Positions 17,505-26,173 of a DNA stretch of 64,000 nucleotides are shown piece after piece. The stretch comes from an uncultured delta proteobacterium (GTDB lineage Bacteria; Myxococcota_A; Polyangia; Fen-1088), in contig CAVWIP010000018.1 of the NCBI GenBank assembly GCA_963755125.1, forward strand, positions 160,001 to 224,000, read 5' to 3'. The translations under genes and the position numbers were made by a program. Numbering within the stretch: the first letter of the stretch is position 1; every line of letters begins with the position of its first letter. The notes beneath the pieces are model-generated. The model was not told the origin of the DNA. It did not search any database and saw only the letters and a list, made by a program, of their open reading frames with translations.

Positions 17505-19379
17505 CTAGAAATCATCCACGGACAAACTACCAGCACGCGGCGCCAGGGGCTTCGCGGCCGTGAGGGCTCGTGGTGGAGGTGGCGGCGTGCTTGCGGGCGC
17601 AGCCACCTTGGCAACAGCGGGCGACGGCCGCGCTGCTGGAATGCCTTTCAAGGGTTCCCTCGCCGCCACGCGTGAGCGGCTGGGAATGACCGGAGCGCGC
17701 ACGGCGCGCACATGGCTGCGGGGCTTGACGGTCTTGACGGTTGCCAGTGTTCTCGGTACCGGTGGCGGTGGCGAGGCTGCTGGAGGTGCTGGTTCCTCCT
17801 CGGAGGCGACGGTCGCGGCTGGCACGGGCACGACCGGCTCGCTGGCCGGCGGCGCAGTAGGATCGCTGGAAGGCGGGGTGGGAATTGCCGCTGGTGCCGG
17901 CGCGGGAGCGACCAGCACCGGTGCAGGTGTGACCGGCGGTGGCGCATGCGTTCTTGCCGGTCTGGCATCCCGCATGGCCATCCACACCACGAGAACCAGC
18001 AAGGCCACGCTTCCCCCGGCCACCAGCCCGCGCCAGCCACGAAGAGGAGAAAGCAGCGCAGGCCCAAGAAGTGCCTTGGGGAGTACAGGTATTCGACGCA
18101 ACAGCACCGTGATGCGATCTGTGATCTGCTCGGTCACACCCCCATCCAAAACGCCATTCGACACCACCTTCCCATCGGGGACGCTCGCCTCTGGTGGGCC
18201 TTCATTCCCTCCAGCATTGGTCGCCCCGTCAGGGACGCTCTTCTTGTCTTGCTTTTCCAGGGGAAATCCGAAGAGCATCTGCGTCTCGTGATTGGAGACG
18301 GCTTCCTTGCTTTCCTTTTCCAGGGGAAACCCGAAGAGGATTTGCGTCTCCTGATGCTGCCCGGAGGGCTCGGGCTTGACGATGGCTGGCACCGCGGGCC
18401 CGGCGTGCGGCCCGGACGCGGGCTCAAGCAAGGCCAGCGAGGGCACCCCGGCGAGCGGGGTAAGCACACGCGGAGGCGGGGTGGCCGGAGCCAGCTCGTC
18501 TTCGATGGCGCCCACCATCGAATTCAGGCCCGGATAGCGCTGGTCGGGCTGCTTGGCCATGGCCCTGTCGATGATGCGTACCAACCCCGGCGGCAAATCC
18601 GGACGGAACAGCGTCACCGCCGGAGCGGGCTGGTTCAAGATGCGCTCAAAGAGCGCGGGCCCCTGTTCCCCCGGAAAGGGCATCTGTCCGGTCAACGCCT
18701 CGTACAGCAGCACGCCGAAGCCATACACGTCAGCGCGCTGATCGATGGGCGCCGCACCCGAAATATGCTCGGGAGACATATAGGCGGGCGTACCCAGGGC
18801 CAATCCTGGGGCCGGCCCTGCCGATGGGTCCATCGCCCGTTCCACCATCACCGAAATGCCGAAATCCAGCACCTTTGAGGTCACGATGCGCCCGTCGGGA
18901 CCGACGCAGATGAAGATGTTCTGTGGCTTGAGATCGCGGTGGATCACGCCCTGGGCGTGGGCGGCGGCCACCCCACGCATGGCTGGCAGCAGAATCCCCG
19001 TCGCTTCGCCAACGCTGAGATATCCGTTGCGGGCGATGTAGCTGCCCAGAGGCTCTCCTTCAAGAAGCTCCATCACGATGCAGGTCATTCCCTCGTGTTC
19101 GATGACGTCGAAGACCGTCACCACGTTGGGATGATTCACCCGGCTCGCGGCCAGGGCCTCGCTGTGCAGGAGTTGCTGCGCCTCGGGCGTGGTGACCAGG
19201 GACGGCAGGATCACCTTGAGGGCGACGCGCTTGCCCGAACGTTCATTCGTGCCGGCCCACACCGCCGCCATCCCGCCCTGCCCCAGCAAGCGATCGACTC
19301 GGTACTTTCCGTCTACGATCTGCCCTGCCCGCAAAATCGTATCGACGGTGTTTTCGGGCTGGGCTTTCACTTTCCTCAC
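17505..19379 (-). CDS. Membrane-anchored Hanks-type Ser/Thr protein kinase
   Basis: LGQGGMAAV, VALK, HRDLKPQN, DFG, GTPAYMSPE, DVYGFG all intact; one TM helix, Pro-rich stalk, ends PRAGSLSVDDF. GTG start at 19379 or 19370. Confidence 0.95.
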   Translation of the reverse strand: MRKVKAQPENTVDTILRAGQIVDGKYRVDRLLGQGGMAAVWAGTNERSGKRVALKVILPSLVTTPEAQQLLHSEALAASRVNHPNVVTVFDVIEHEGMTCIVMELLEGEPLGSYIARNGYLSVGEATGILLPAMRGVAAAHAQGVIHRDLKPQNIFICVGPDGRIVTSKVLDFGISVMVERAMDPSAGPAPGLALGTPAYMSPEHISGAAPIDQRADVYGFGVLLYEALTGQMPFPGEQGPALFERILNQPAPAVTLFRPDLPPGLVRIIDRAMAKQPDQRYPGLNSMVGAIEDELAPATPPPRVLTPLAGVPSLALLEPASGPHAGPAVPAIVKPEPSGQHQETQILFGFPLEKESKEAVSNHETQMLFGFPLEKQDKKSVPDGATNAGGNEGPPEASVPDGKVVSNGVLDGGVTEQITDRITVLLRRIPVLPKALLGPALLSPLRGWRGLVAGGSVALLVLVVWMAMRDARPARTHAPPPVTPAPVLVAPAPAPAAIPTPPSSDPTAPPASEPVVPVPAATVASEEEPAPPAASPPPPVPRTLATVKTVKPRSHVRAVRAPVIPSRSRVAAREPLKGIPAARPSPAVAKVAAPASTPPPPPRALTAAKPLAPRAGSLSVDDF

Positions 19380-19676
19380 TCCGCACCCTCCTGGCGACCC
19401 GAGGAACCACAGCGCATCACGCGTGGGCCTCGGTAGGCGTATGTATGTCTGTTTCTTGGATGGCTTACCACGCGCGCCGGTTACGTACAAGCCTCACGCT
19501 GGTGCGCGTAATCCCACGACGAGCGGCCCTGCGGACTGCCAGATCGAGCCGCGCACCCAAGCGCAGCGATCGGTGGCGGTCGCGTGCCAAGGCCTTGGGC
19601 GGCCGTCGCGGGGTCGTGGGCCAAGCCCCGAACTGGCTTCGCGGCCAAGTGCGGGTATTGTCAAGCCAGGTTTCGG

Positions 19677-21317
19677 ATGAGGCGGGAACGAAACACCTTG
19701 GTGGGTACGCCCACCGTCATCGCGCCGGGATCTCTCTTCCTGGTGGGTGAGTTTGGCTTGCCCGAGGAAGAGGTGGCCGTGCTGGCCGCGCTCTCGAGTC
19801 ACGCGACCGCCCAGTATTTCCCCGATGTGGCGCCCCTCTCGCCGCTGGTAGCGGCCGTGGTCGAGCGCGCCAAGGCCTATCTGGGGGAAGCATCCTCGGC
19901 GCTGCCCCCAGGCTCGGTCTTGCTGAGCCCACCCGAGGATGGGGAGAACGGGGAAGCAATCGCCTTCGACACCACACCCGCCATCGCAGTGGCCACGGCC
20001 GCCGCTGTCTTCGAGACGGCGGGACAGTCGATCAACGAGCGCAAGGACGAGATCCTGGTGGTCGCCGAGGCTGCCCATCGGGCCATTCACCCCGGGACCA
20101 GCGCGGAGGGCGAACTGGCCGCCGCCCTGTATGGCGGCCTGATCAAGGTCGTCGTCCAAGCCGCCGCAGCTCCGCGCATCGAAGCCCTGCCGCCGCCCTC
20201 GGAGCTGCATCTCGTCGTGCTTCAGACGGGCCAGGCCCTGTTCCCGGCTGGCTGGCTGGCGAGCGTGCAGCAGTTTGCCGGCCGTGAGCGCACGGCGTAT
20301 GCGCAGATCATCGACGAACTACTCGAGCAGGCCAGCCGTTTCGCGGCCGACCTTTCCAAAGGCAATGCCACAGCCGCCATTGCCTCGGCGGAGCGCTACG
20401 GACGTTGCCTCACGCAACTTGCGGCTGCCGCCTCGGTGCCCCTGCAATCCGAGGCCTTCCTGCAAGCCGCGGCGTTGGCCAAGGAAATTGGTGGCATCGC
20501 CAAGACCACCAACTACGGCGACCTCGGTATCGCGATGTTCGCGACGCCCGAGGCCGCCAACCTGTTCGCCCGCGCCTGCCGGCCCCCGCTGATCGCGATC
20601 CCTCTCGACCTGGATCGTTCCGGCGTGCGTCGCCTGGCTCTCAGCCAGACCGGGGAATCTGCGGTCGTCCACACACCCGCGCCCACGACTGGCGCTTCGT
20701 CCATTTCGGCCGAAGCGATCGTGCGGACCTCGGTCCACGATCGCACCACAGAGAAGACGCTGTCCGAGTCAGACGAGCCCCCTCCCACACCGCGCCCGGC
20801 AATCACCCGGGCCGCAGAACCAGCGACCGAGGAAGAGAAGGCACCCGAGGAACCCTCCCCGCAAGATCAACTCCGGCTGCGGCCGCCCCGCAACCGCGCC
20901 AAGGTCGGCCTGGCCATCGGCGGCGTGCTCATCGCCGCAGCCCTTCTGGCAGTCTGGCTGACCAAGCCCTTTGCCCACACACCGCTCGGCGCCCGACCGG
21001 CGCTGAACATCCCTTCCCTCCCTCCGCCCGCCAGCCGCACACCCGCCACCCCGCCTTCCAACGCCGAACCGGTCCCGACGCCGGGTGAGGCAGCCGCGCC
21101 CTCGGTCGCCCGGCCGAGCGATTCGCAGCCGGCGGTTGCGAAGACGCATAACCCTGCCCATCGCGCGCACGCGCTTTTGTCGGGCAAGGCCAGCGACAAG
21201 GGGCCCTCGGCTGCCTCACCCGCAGAAGCCACGTCGCGCCCGAAGCCGGCAGCCCCGCCCGCACATAATGAATCTCCCAAGCTGCGCGCCGGAAGACTAT
21301 CCCCGGACGATTTCTAG
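19677..21317 (+). CDS. Degenerate GHMP-kinase (mevalonate/phosphomevalonate kinase-like) domain fused to TM helix and Pro-rich tail
   Basis: IAPGSLFLVGEF (GHMP motif 1-like), AIAVATAAA, AHRA...ELAAALYGG, AKEIGGIAKTTNYGDLGIA follow the GHMP layout, but GLGSS and SGAGGG are lost; TM VGLAIGGVLIAAALLAVWL; ends LRAGRLSPDDF. Confidence 0.75.
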   Translation: MRRERNTLVGTPTVIAPGSLFLVGEFGLPEEEVAVLAALSSHATAQYFPDVAPLSPLVAAVVERAKAYLGEASSALPPGSVLLSPPEDGENGEAIAFDTTPAIAVATAAAVFETAGQSINERKDEILVVAEAAHRAIHPGTSAEGELAAALYGGLIKVVVQAAAAPRIEALPPPSELHLVVLQTGQALFPAGWLASVQQFAGRERTAYAQIIDELLEQASRFAADLSKGNATAAIASAERYGRCLTQLAAAASVPLQSEAFLQAAALAKEIGGIAKTTNYGDLGIAMFATPEAANLFARACRPPLIAIPLDLDRSGVRRLALSQTGESAVVHTPAPTTGASSISAEAIVRTSVHDRTTEKTLSESDEPPPTPRPAITRAAEPATEEEKAPEEPSPQDQLRLRPPRNRAKVGLAIGGVLIAAALLAVWLTKPFAHTPLGARPALNIPSLPPPASRTPATPPSNAEPVPTPGEAAAPSVARPSDSQPAVAKTHNPAHRAHALLSGKASDKGPSAASPAEATSRPKPAAPPAHNESPKLRAGRLSPDDF

Positions 21318-21377
21318 CAGCCCAGGCGCCGCCATCGCGGCTAGGTCAAGGCATCCGCGGACCGCACCCGAAGCTGA

Positions 21378-24300
21378 CTATTGGCACAGGCCAGTAGACG
21401 GATTGCATACCGACGGGGGAGTACAGGACACGGGGTTGGTACCCGTGCACACGCCCGCCAAGCAGGTGTCCGTGAGCGTGCACGCATTGCCGTCGTTGCA
21501 GGTTGTCCCGTCGGGCTGGTTGGCGAAGCTGCACGTCCCATCCCCGTTGCACGTCCCCGTCCCTTGATGGCACTGGTCCGGGGCAGTGCAGGTATAGGGC
21601 GTGCCGGCACAGACCCCTCCCGTACACACATCGTTCTGCGTGCACGCGTTCCCGTCGTTACAGCCTGTCCCGTCGGTCTTGTTGGCGAAGCTGCACGTCC
21701 CATCCCCGTTGCACGTCCCTGCCTGATGGCACTGGTCTGGGGCTGCGCAGGTATAACTGGTCCCGCCGCACACTCCGCCCGTGCATACGTCGTTCTGCGT
21801 GCACGCATTCCCGTCGTTGCAGCCTGTCCCGTCGGTCTTGTTGGCGAAGCTGCACGTCCCATCCCCGTTGCACGTCCCTGCCTGATGGCACTGGTCTGGG
21901 GCTGCGCAGGTATAACTGGTCCCGCCACACACTCCGCCCGTGCACACGTCGTTCTGCGTGCACGCGTTCCCGTCGTTACAGCCTGTCCCGTCGGTCTTGT
22001 TGGCGAAGCTGCACGTCCCATCCCCGTTGCACGTCCCTGCCTGATGGCACTGGTCAGGCGCAGCGCAGGTATAACTGGTCCCGCCGCACACTCCGCCCGT
22101 GCATACGTCGTTCTGCGTGCACGCATTCCCGTCGTTGCAGCCTGTCCCGTTGGTCTTGTTGGCAAAGCTGCACGTCCCATCCCCGTTGCACGTCCCTGCC
22201 TGATGGCACTGGTCAGGCGCAGCGCAGGTATAACTGGTCCCGCCGCACACTCCGCCCGTGCACACGTCGTTCTTCGTGCACGCGTTCCCGTCGTTGCAGA
22301 CCGTCCCGTCGGCCTTGTTGGCAAAGCTGCACGTCCCATCCCCGTTGCACGTCCCTGCCTGATGGCACTGGTCAGGCGCAGCGCAGGTATAGCTGGTCCC
22401 GCCGCAGACTCCACCCGTGCACACGTCGTTCTTCGTGCACGCATTCCCGTCGTTGCATGCCGTCCCGTCCGTCTTGTTGGCGAAGCTGCACGTCCCATCC
22501 CCGTTGCACGTCCCTGCCTGATGGCACTGGTCAGGGGCTGCGCAAGTATAACTGGTCCCGCCGCACACTCCACCCGTGCACACGTCGTTCTTCGTACACG
22601 CATTCCCGTCGTTGCACGCTGTCTCGTCCGTCTTGTTGGCGAAGCTGCACGTCCCATCCCCGTTGCACGTCCCCACCTGATGGCACTGGTCAGGCGCAGC
22701 GCAGGTATAACTGGTCCCGCCGCACACTCCACCCGTGCACACGTCGTTCTTCGTGCACGCATTCCCGTCGTTGCACGCTGTCCCGTTGGTCTTGTTGGCG
22801 AAGCTGCACGTCCCATCCCCGTTGCACGTCCCCACCTGATGGCACTGGTCTGGCGCAGCGCAGGTATAACTGGTCCCGCCGCACACTCCACCCGTGCACA
22901 CGTCGTTCTTCGTGCACGCATTCCCGTCGTTGCATGCCGTCCCGTCCGTCTTGTTGGCGAAGCTGCACGTCCCATCCCCGTTGCACGTCCCCGCCTGATG
23001 GCACTGGTCTGGGGCTGCGCAGGAATAGCTGCTGCCGCTGCAGATTCCACCCGTGCATACGTCGTTCTTCGTGCATGCGTTTCCGTCGTTGCATGCCGTC
23101 CCGTCGGTCTTGGTGGTAAAGCTGCACGTTCCATCGCCGTTGCAGGTGCCTCCCTGATGGCACTGGTCCGGGGTGCACGAATAGGGGGTGCCGGCACAGG
23201 TGCCGCCCGTGCACGTATCCTTGCTCGTACACGCATTCCCGTCGTTGCAGGACGATGCTTGTTGGCAAGCGCCAGCTCCGTCGCAGTTTCCCGTGTTACC
23301 GCACTTGCCTGAGCCTGAAGCAGGGCAAGTGACTGGCGTTGTGGTGAGTGGCGGCTTGCCAACACCTATCGGAGTGCATGTCCCTCGGTTGGGGGTGACA
23401 CAGCTCTGGCAGCCACCACCGCACTGTTCATTGCAACAGACGCCCTCGGGAGAACAAAACCCGCTCGTGCAGTCGGTCGGCAGAACGCAAGTCGACCCAT
23501 TTCCCAACGTACTACCACACTGACCCAGAACACAGGTCGTACCGCTCGTGCTCGAGCAGTCGTTGTTCGTCGTACATCCGGTCAGGCAGTTGGGACTCGT
23601 GGAACTGCAGACATAGTTTCCGCACGACGGGGTGGCACCCGGCTGACACGTGCCCTTTCCGTCACAGGTGGCCGGCAATGTGTGGGTGGTTCCAGTGCAG
23701 CTCTCCTGCCCGCAAACCGTGCCGATCGTCTGGGGGTGGCAGGCACCGTTTCCATCGCACGTGCCGTCGTCGGTACAGTCGGCCTTCTTTACACAACCCG
23801 AGTTGGGATCCGAGCCGCCCAGAGGCACATCGTGGCAATTGCCCGCCGCGATGGTTCCGGTGGCTTTGCAGGTCTTGCACAGTCCGCCAGAGGCAGCACT
23901 AGAACAAGCGTTCTCGCAACAAACCCCCTCGGTGCAGAAACCGCTCTGGCACTCGTCGGACGCGGCACAGGTAGCTCCGTTCCCTTTCGGGCCACAGGTG
24001 GGCACCCCGGACGTGGGGACCACGCAACTGTTGGGTGAGACGCAGTCCTGAGTCTGTGTTGCCGGAGTGCACGTGGTCTTGCACGCACCGGAGCTACACT
24101 GGAATGTGCCGCATGGCTGATTGGATGGAGTCACGCAGGCACCCTTACCATCGCAGGTCGAGGCCGGGGTGACCGCAGACGTGCCGGCGCAGGCGGCGGG
24201 CTTGCAGTTTCCGCCCCAGTAGGCGCAATTCCCCTTCACGCAGTTTCCCGTGGTGCCACAGGTGTTGGACTGCGTCGCGACGCAAATTTTTTGCGGGTCC

Positions 24301-26072
24301 GGGGCGTTGTCGGCCACCGCGGTACAAATCCCGTTCGTCGCGTTGAGGTTGCAGGCCATGCACGCGGCCGTGCACGCGCTATTGCAGCACACGCCCTGGG
24401 CACAGAAACCCGACTTGCACTCGGTCCCCGCGCCGCAAATCGCCCCATTCGGCTTGAGACCGCAGGAAGCGCCGGTGCAGACGTCTCCAGATGCGCACTG
24501 GATGTTGCTGCTGGTGCAATTTCCGTAGCAGGTGGCCCCGTTGCAAACGTAGGGATTGCAGGGGCTCGATTGCGGGGCCGCGCACTGGCCAGACCCATTG
24601 CACGTGGAGGCCGGGGTATGGAGCCCTGCCACACAAGTCTGGGGGGCACACACGGTGCCGACTGGGTAGGTTTGGCAGGCCCCGTTGCCGTCGCACACGC
24701 CATTGGTCGAGCAGGAAGCAGCACCCAGATCCTTGCAGGTATTGCGCGGATCTGGAGCGCCGGTGGCCACGTTCGAGCAGTGTCCCGGCGAGCTGGCCAG
24801 GCTGCAGCTTCGGCAGGGACCGGCACAAGCGGTGTCACAACAGACCTGGTCAACGCACTGGCCCGACTCGCACTCGGTGGCATCCGCGCAAGGCTGCCCG
24901 GGGCTCTTCTGGCCGCAGGTCCCGCTGGTGACACCATTGAGGGTTTGCGACACGCACTGGTGTCCAACGTCACAGTACGCGTCGCTCGTACAGGTCTGGG
25001 TACACGCACCATTCGTGCAAAGGAAGGGCGAGCAATCCACCAGTTGGGCATCCCGGCAAGCACCCTGGCCGTCGCAGGTCCGAGGTGTGTTCTCGACCGT
25101 GCCCGAGCAAGAGGACGAACCGCACGGCGAATTCTCCGGGTACAGGGTGCATGAGCCCAAGCCATCGCAAAGGCCGGTGTCGCCGCAGGTAGTTACGTCG
25201 CTGGCATTGCACACGGGGTCGGACTGGCCCGCAGGAATGAACGAGCAGAGGCCCACCGATCCGGTCTGATTGCACGACACGCATGGGCCACTGCACGCGA
25301 CGTTGCAGCACACCCCATCCGCGCAGAAGCCCGAGGTACACTCGGCCGCGCCCGTCGGGCAGGGCTGGCCGGTGGCTTTCGTGCCGCAGCTCGCAGCTAC
25401 GCACTGCTGTCCAGCCGCGCACTGGGCATTGGTCGTGCAAGCAAGGGCGCATCGGTTGGTCGCTGGATCGCAAGTGTAGGGCGGACAGGGCAGGGTACTG
25501 CCCTCGGAGCACTTGCCGTTGCCGTCGCAGGAAAGGATGCCCGTCACGCTGTCCCCGTCGCACGTGCCGGCCTTGCACTCGGTGCCATTCACGTAAAGGC
25601 GACACCCGCCCTGTCCGTCGCAGGTTCCATCCTGCCCGCAGGTCGCAGGCGTGCTGGCTGCGCAGACCAGGGGATCGTTGGGTTTCACACCCGACGGAAC
25701 GAAAGCACAGTCACCCAGGGAGCTGGGCAGGTTGCAGGCTTTGCACGTCTGTCCACAGGCCGAGGTGCAACAGAGCCCGTCCACGCAGAATCCGGTCTGG
25801 CACTCGTCGTCGCAGCTACAGGATTCGGCCTTCCCCTTGGACTTGCTGACCGTGCCCGGCGAACAAACGTTGGTCTGCTGGGCGTCTGCGGTGCCGGAGC
25901 CGTCGGAGGCTCTGACGTCGTTCTTCCCGCCATCCAACGTGCCGCTACCGCCATCAACGCCGACCTTGCCGAAGGTGCTCTTCGTGCAACCACCGGCGCC
26001 CAAGACCGCGCACAGGGCAAGAGCGCCCCAGAACGATCCCTGAATTCCAACTCGCCACGAATCAGCTCTCAT
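21378..26072 (-). CDS. Giant Cys-rich repeat lipoprotein (about 1560 aa)
   Basis: Start MRADSW; LGAGGC lipobox; about five CxSGFCxxGVCCxxACxxxCxxC modules followed by CNDGNACTxxDxC repeats. Confidence 0.9.
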   Translation of the reverse strand: MRADSWRVGIQGSFWGALALCAVLGAGGCTKSTFGKVGVDGGSGTLDGGKNDVRASDGSGTADAQQTNVCSPGTVSKSKGKAESCSCDDECQTGFCVDGLCCTSACGQTCKACNLPSSLGDCAFVPSGVKPNDPLVCAASTPATCGQDGTCDGQGGCRLYVNGTECKAGTCDGDSVTGILSCDGNGKCSEGSTLPCPPYTCDPATNRCALACTTNAQCAAGQQCVAASCGTKATGQPCPTGAAECTSGFCADGVCCNVACSGPCVSCNQTGSVGLCSFIPAGQSDPVCNASDVTTCGDTGLCDGLGSCTLYPENSPCGSSSCSGTVENTPRTCDGQGACRDAQLVDCSPFLCTNGACTQTCTSDAYCDVGHQCVSQTLNGVTSGTCGQKSPGQPCADATECESGQCVDQVCCDTACAGPCRSCSLASSPGHCSNVATGAPDPRNTCKDLGAASCSTNGVCDGNGACQTYPVGTVCAPQTCVAGLHTPASTCNGSGQCAAPQSSPCNPYVCNGATCYGNCTSSNIQCASGDVCTGASCGLKPNGAICGAGTECKSGFCAQGVCCNSACTAACMACNLNATNGICTAVADNAPDPQKICVATQSNTCGTTGNCVKGNCAYWGGNCKPAACAGTSAVTPASTCDGKGACVTPSNQPCGTFQCSSGACKTTCTPATQTQDCVSPNSCVVPTSGVPTCGPKGNGATCAASDECQSGFCTEGVCCENACSSAASGGLCKTCKATGTIAAGNCHDVPLGGSDPNSGCVKKADCTDDGTCDGNGACHPQTIGTVCGQESCTGTTHTLPATCDGKGTCQPGATPSCGNYVCSSTSPNCLTGCTTNNDCSSTSGTTCVLGQCGSTLGNGSTCVLPTDCTSGFCSPEGVCCNEQCGGGCQSCVTPNRGTCTPIGVGKPPLTTTPVTCPASGSGKCGNTGNCDGAGACQQASSCNDGNACTSKDTCTGGTCAGTPYSCTPDQCHQGGTCNGDGTCSFTTKTDGTACNDGNACTKNDVCTGGICSGSSYSCAAPDQCHQAGTCNGDGTCSFANKTDGTACNDGNACTKNDVCTGGVCGGTSYTCAAPDQCHQVGTCNGDGTCSFANKTNGTACNDGNACTKNDVCTGGVCGGTSYTCAAPDQCHQVGTCNGDGTCSFANKTDETACNDGNACTKNDVCTGGVCGGTSYTCAAPDQCHQAGTCNGDGTCSFANKTDGTACNDGNACTKNDVCTGGVCGGTSYTCAAPDQCHQAGTCNGDGTCSFANKADGTVCNDGNACTKNDVCTGGVCGGTSYTCAAPDQCHQAGTCNGDGTCSFANKTNGTGCNDGNACTQNDVCTGGVCGGTSYTCAAPDQCHQAGTCNGDGTCSFANKTDGTGCNDGNACTQNDVCTGGVCGGTSYTCAAPDQCHQAGTCNGDGTCSFANKTDGTGCNDGNACTQNDVCTGGVCGGTSYTCAAPDQCHQAGTCNGDGTCSFANKTDGTGCNDGNACTQNDVCTGGVCAGTPYTCTAPDQCHQGTGTCNGDGTCSFANQPDGTTCNDGNACTLTDTCLAGVCTGTNPVSCTPPSVCNPSTGLCQ
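21480..23250. repeat. 159-bp (53-aa, 8-Cys) coding tandem repeat, 11 full copies plus 1 partial
   Basis: CNDGNAC occurs 12 times at about 159-bp spacing; consensus CNDGNACT(K/Q)NDVCTGGVCGGTSYTCAAPDQCHQAGTCNGDGTCSFANKTDGT(A/G). Confidence 0.95.
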
Positions 26073-26173
26073 TGAGACACCCCCAAGGCGTGAGAAGACA
26101 TGAATGGGCTTGCTATGGATCGCCACCCACCCATTGTCGTTGGATTCCGATGCAGTTCTGCACAGCAGAAAGG

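Noticed and set aside
19677..21317. Functional mevalonate-pathway kinase
   Set aside because: ATP-binding glycine loops are missing, the protein has a membrane tail, and no other mevalonate genes are in the window.
21480..23250. Regular repeat array as a possible CRISPR or non-coding array
   Set aside because: Units are 159 bp, contiguous, in frame, with no unique spacers; many differences are synonymous; no cas genes.
21480..23250. Repeated CAAPDQCH (CX5CH) as multiheme cytochrome motifs
   Set aside because: Spacing is non-canonical and each unit has an even 8 Cys typical of disulfide repeats; no evident distal ligands. A heme stain would settle it.
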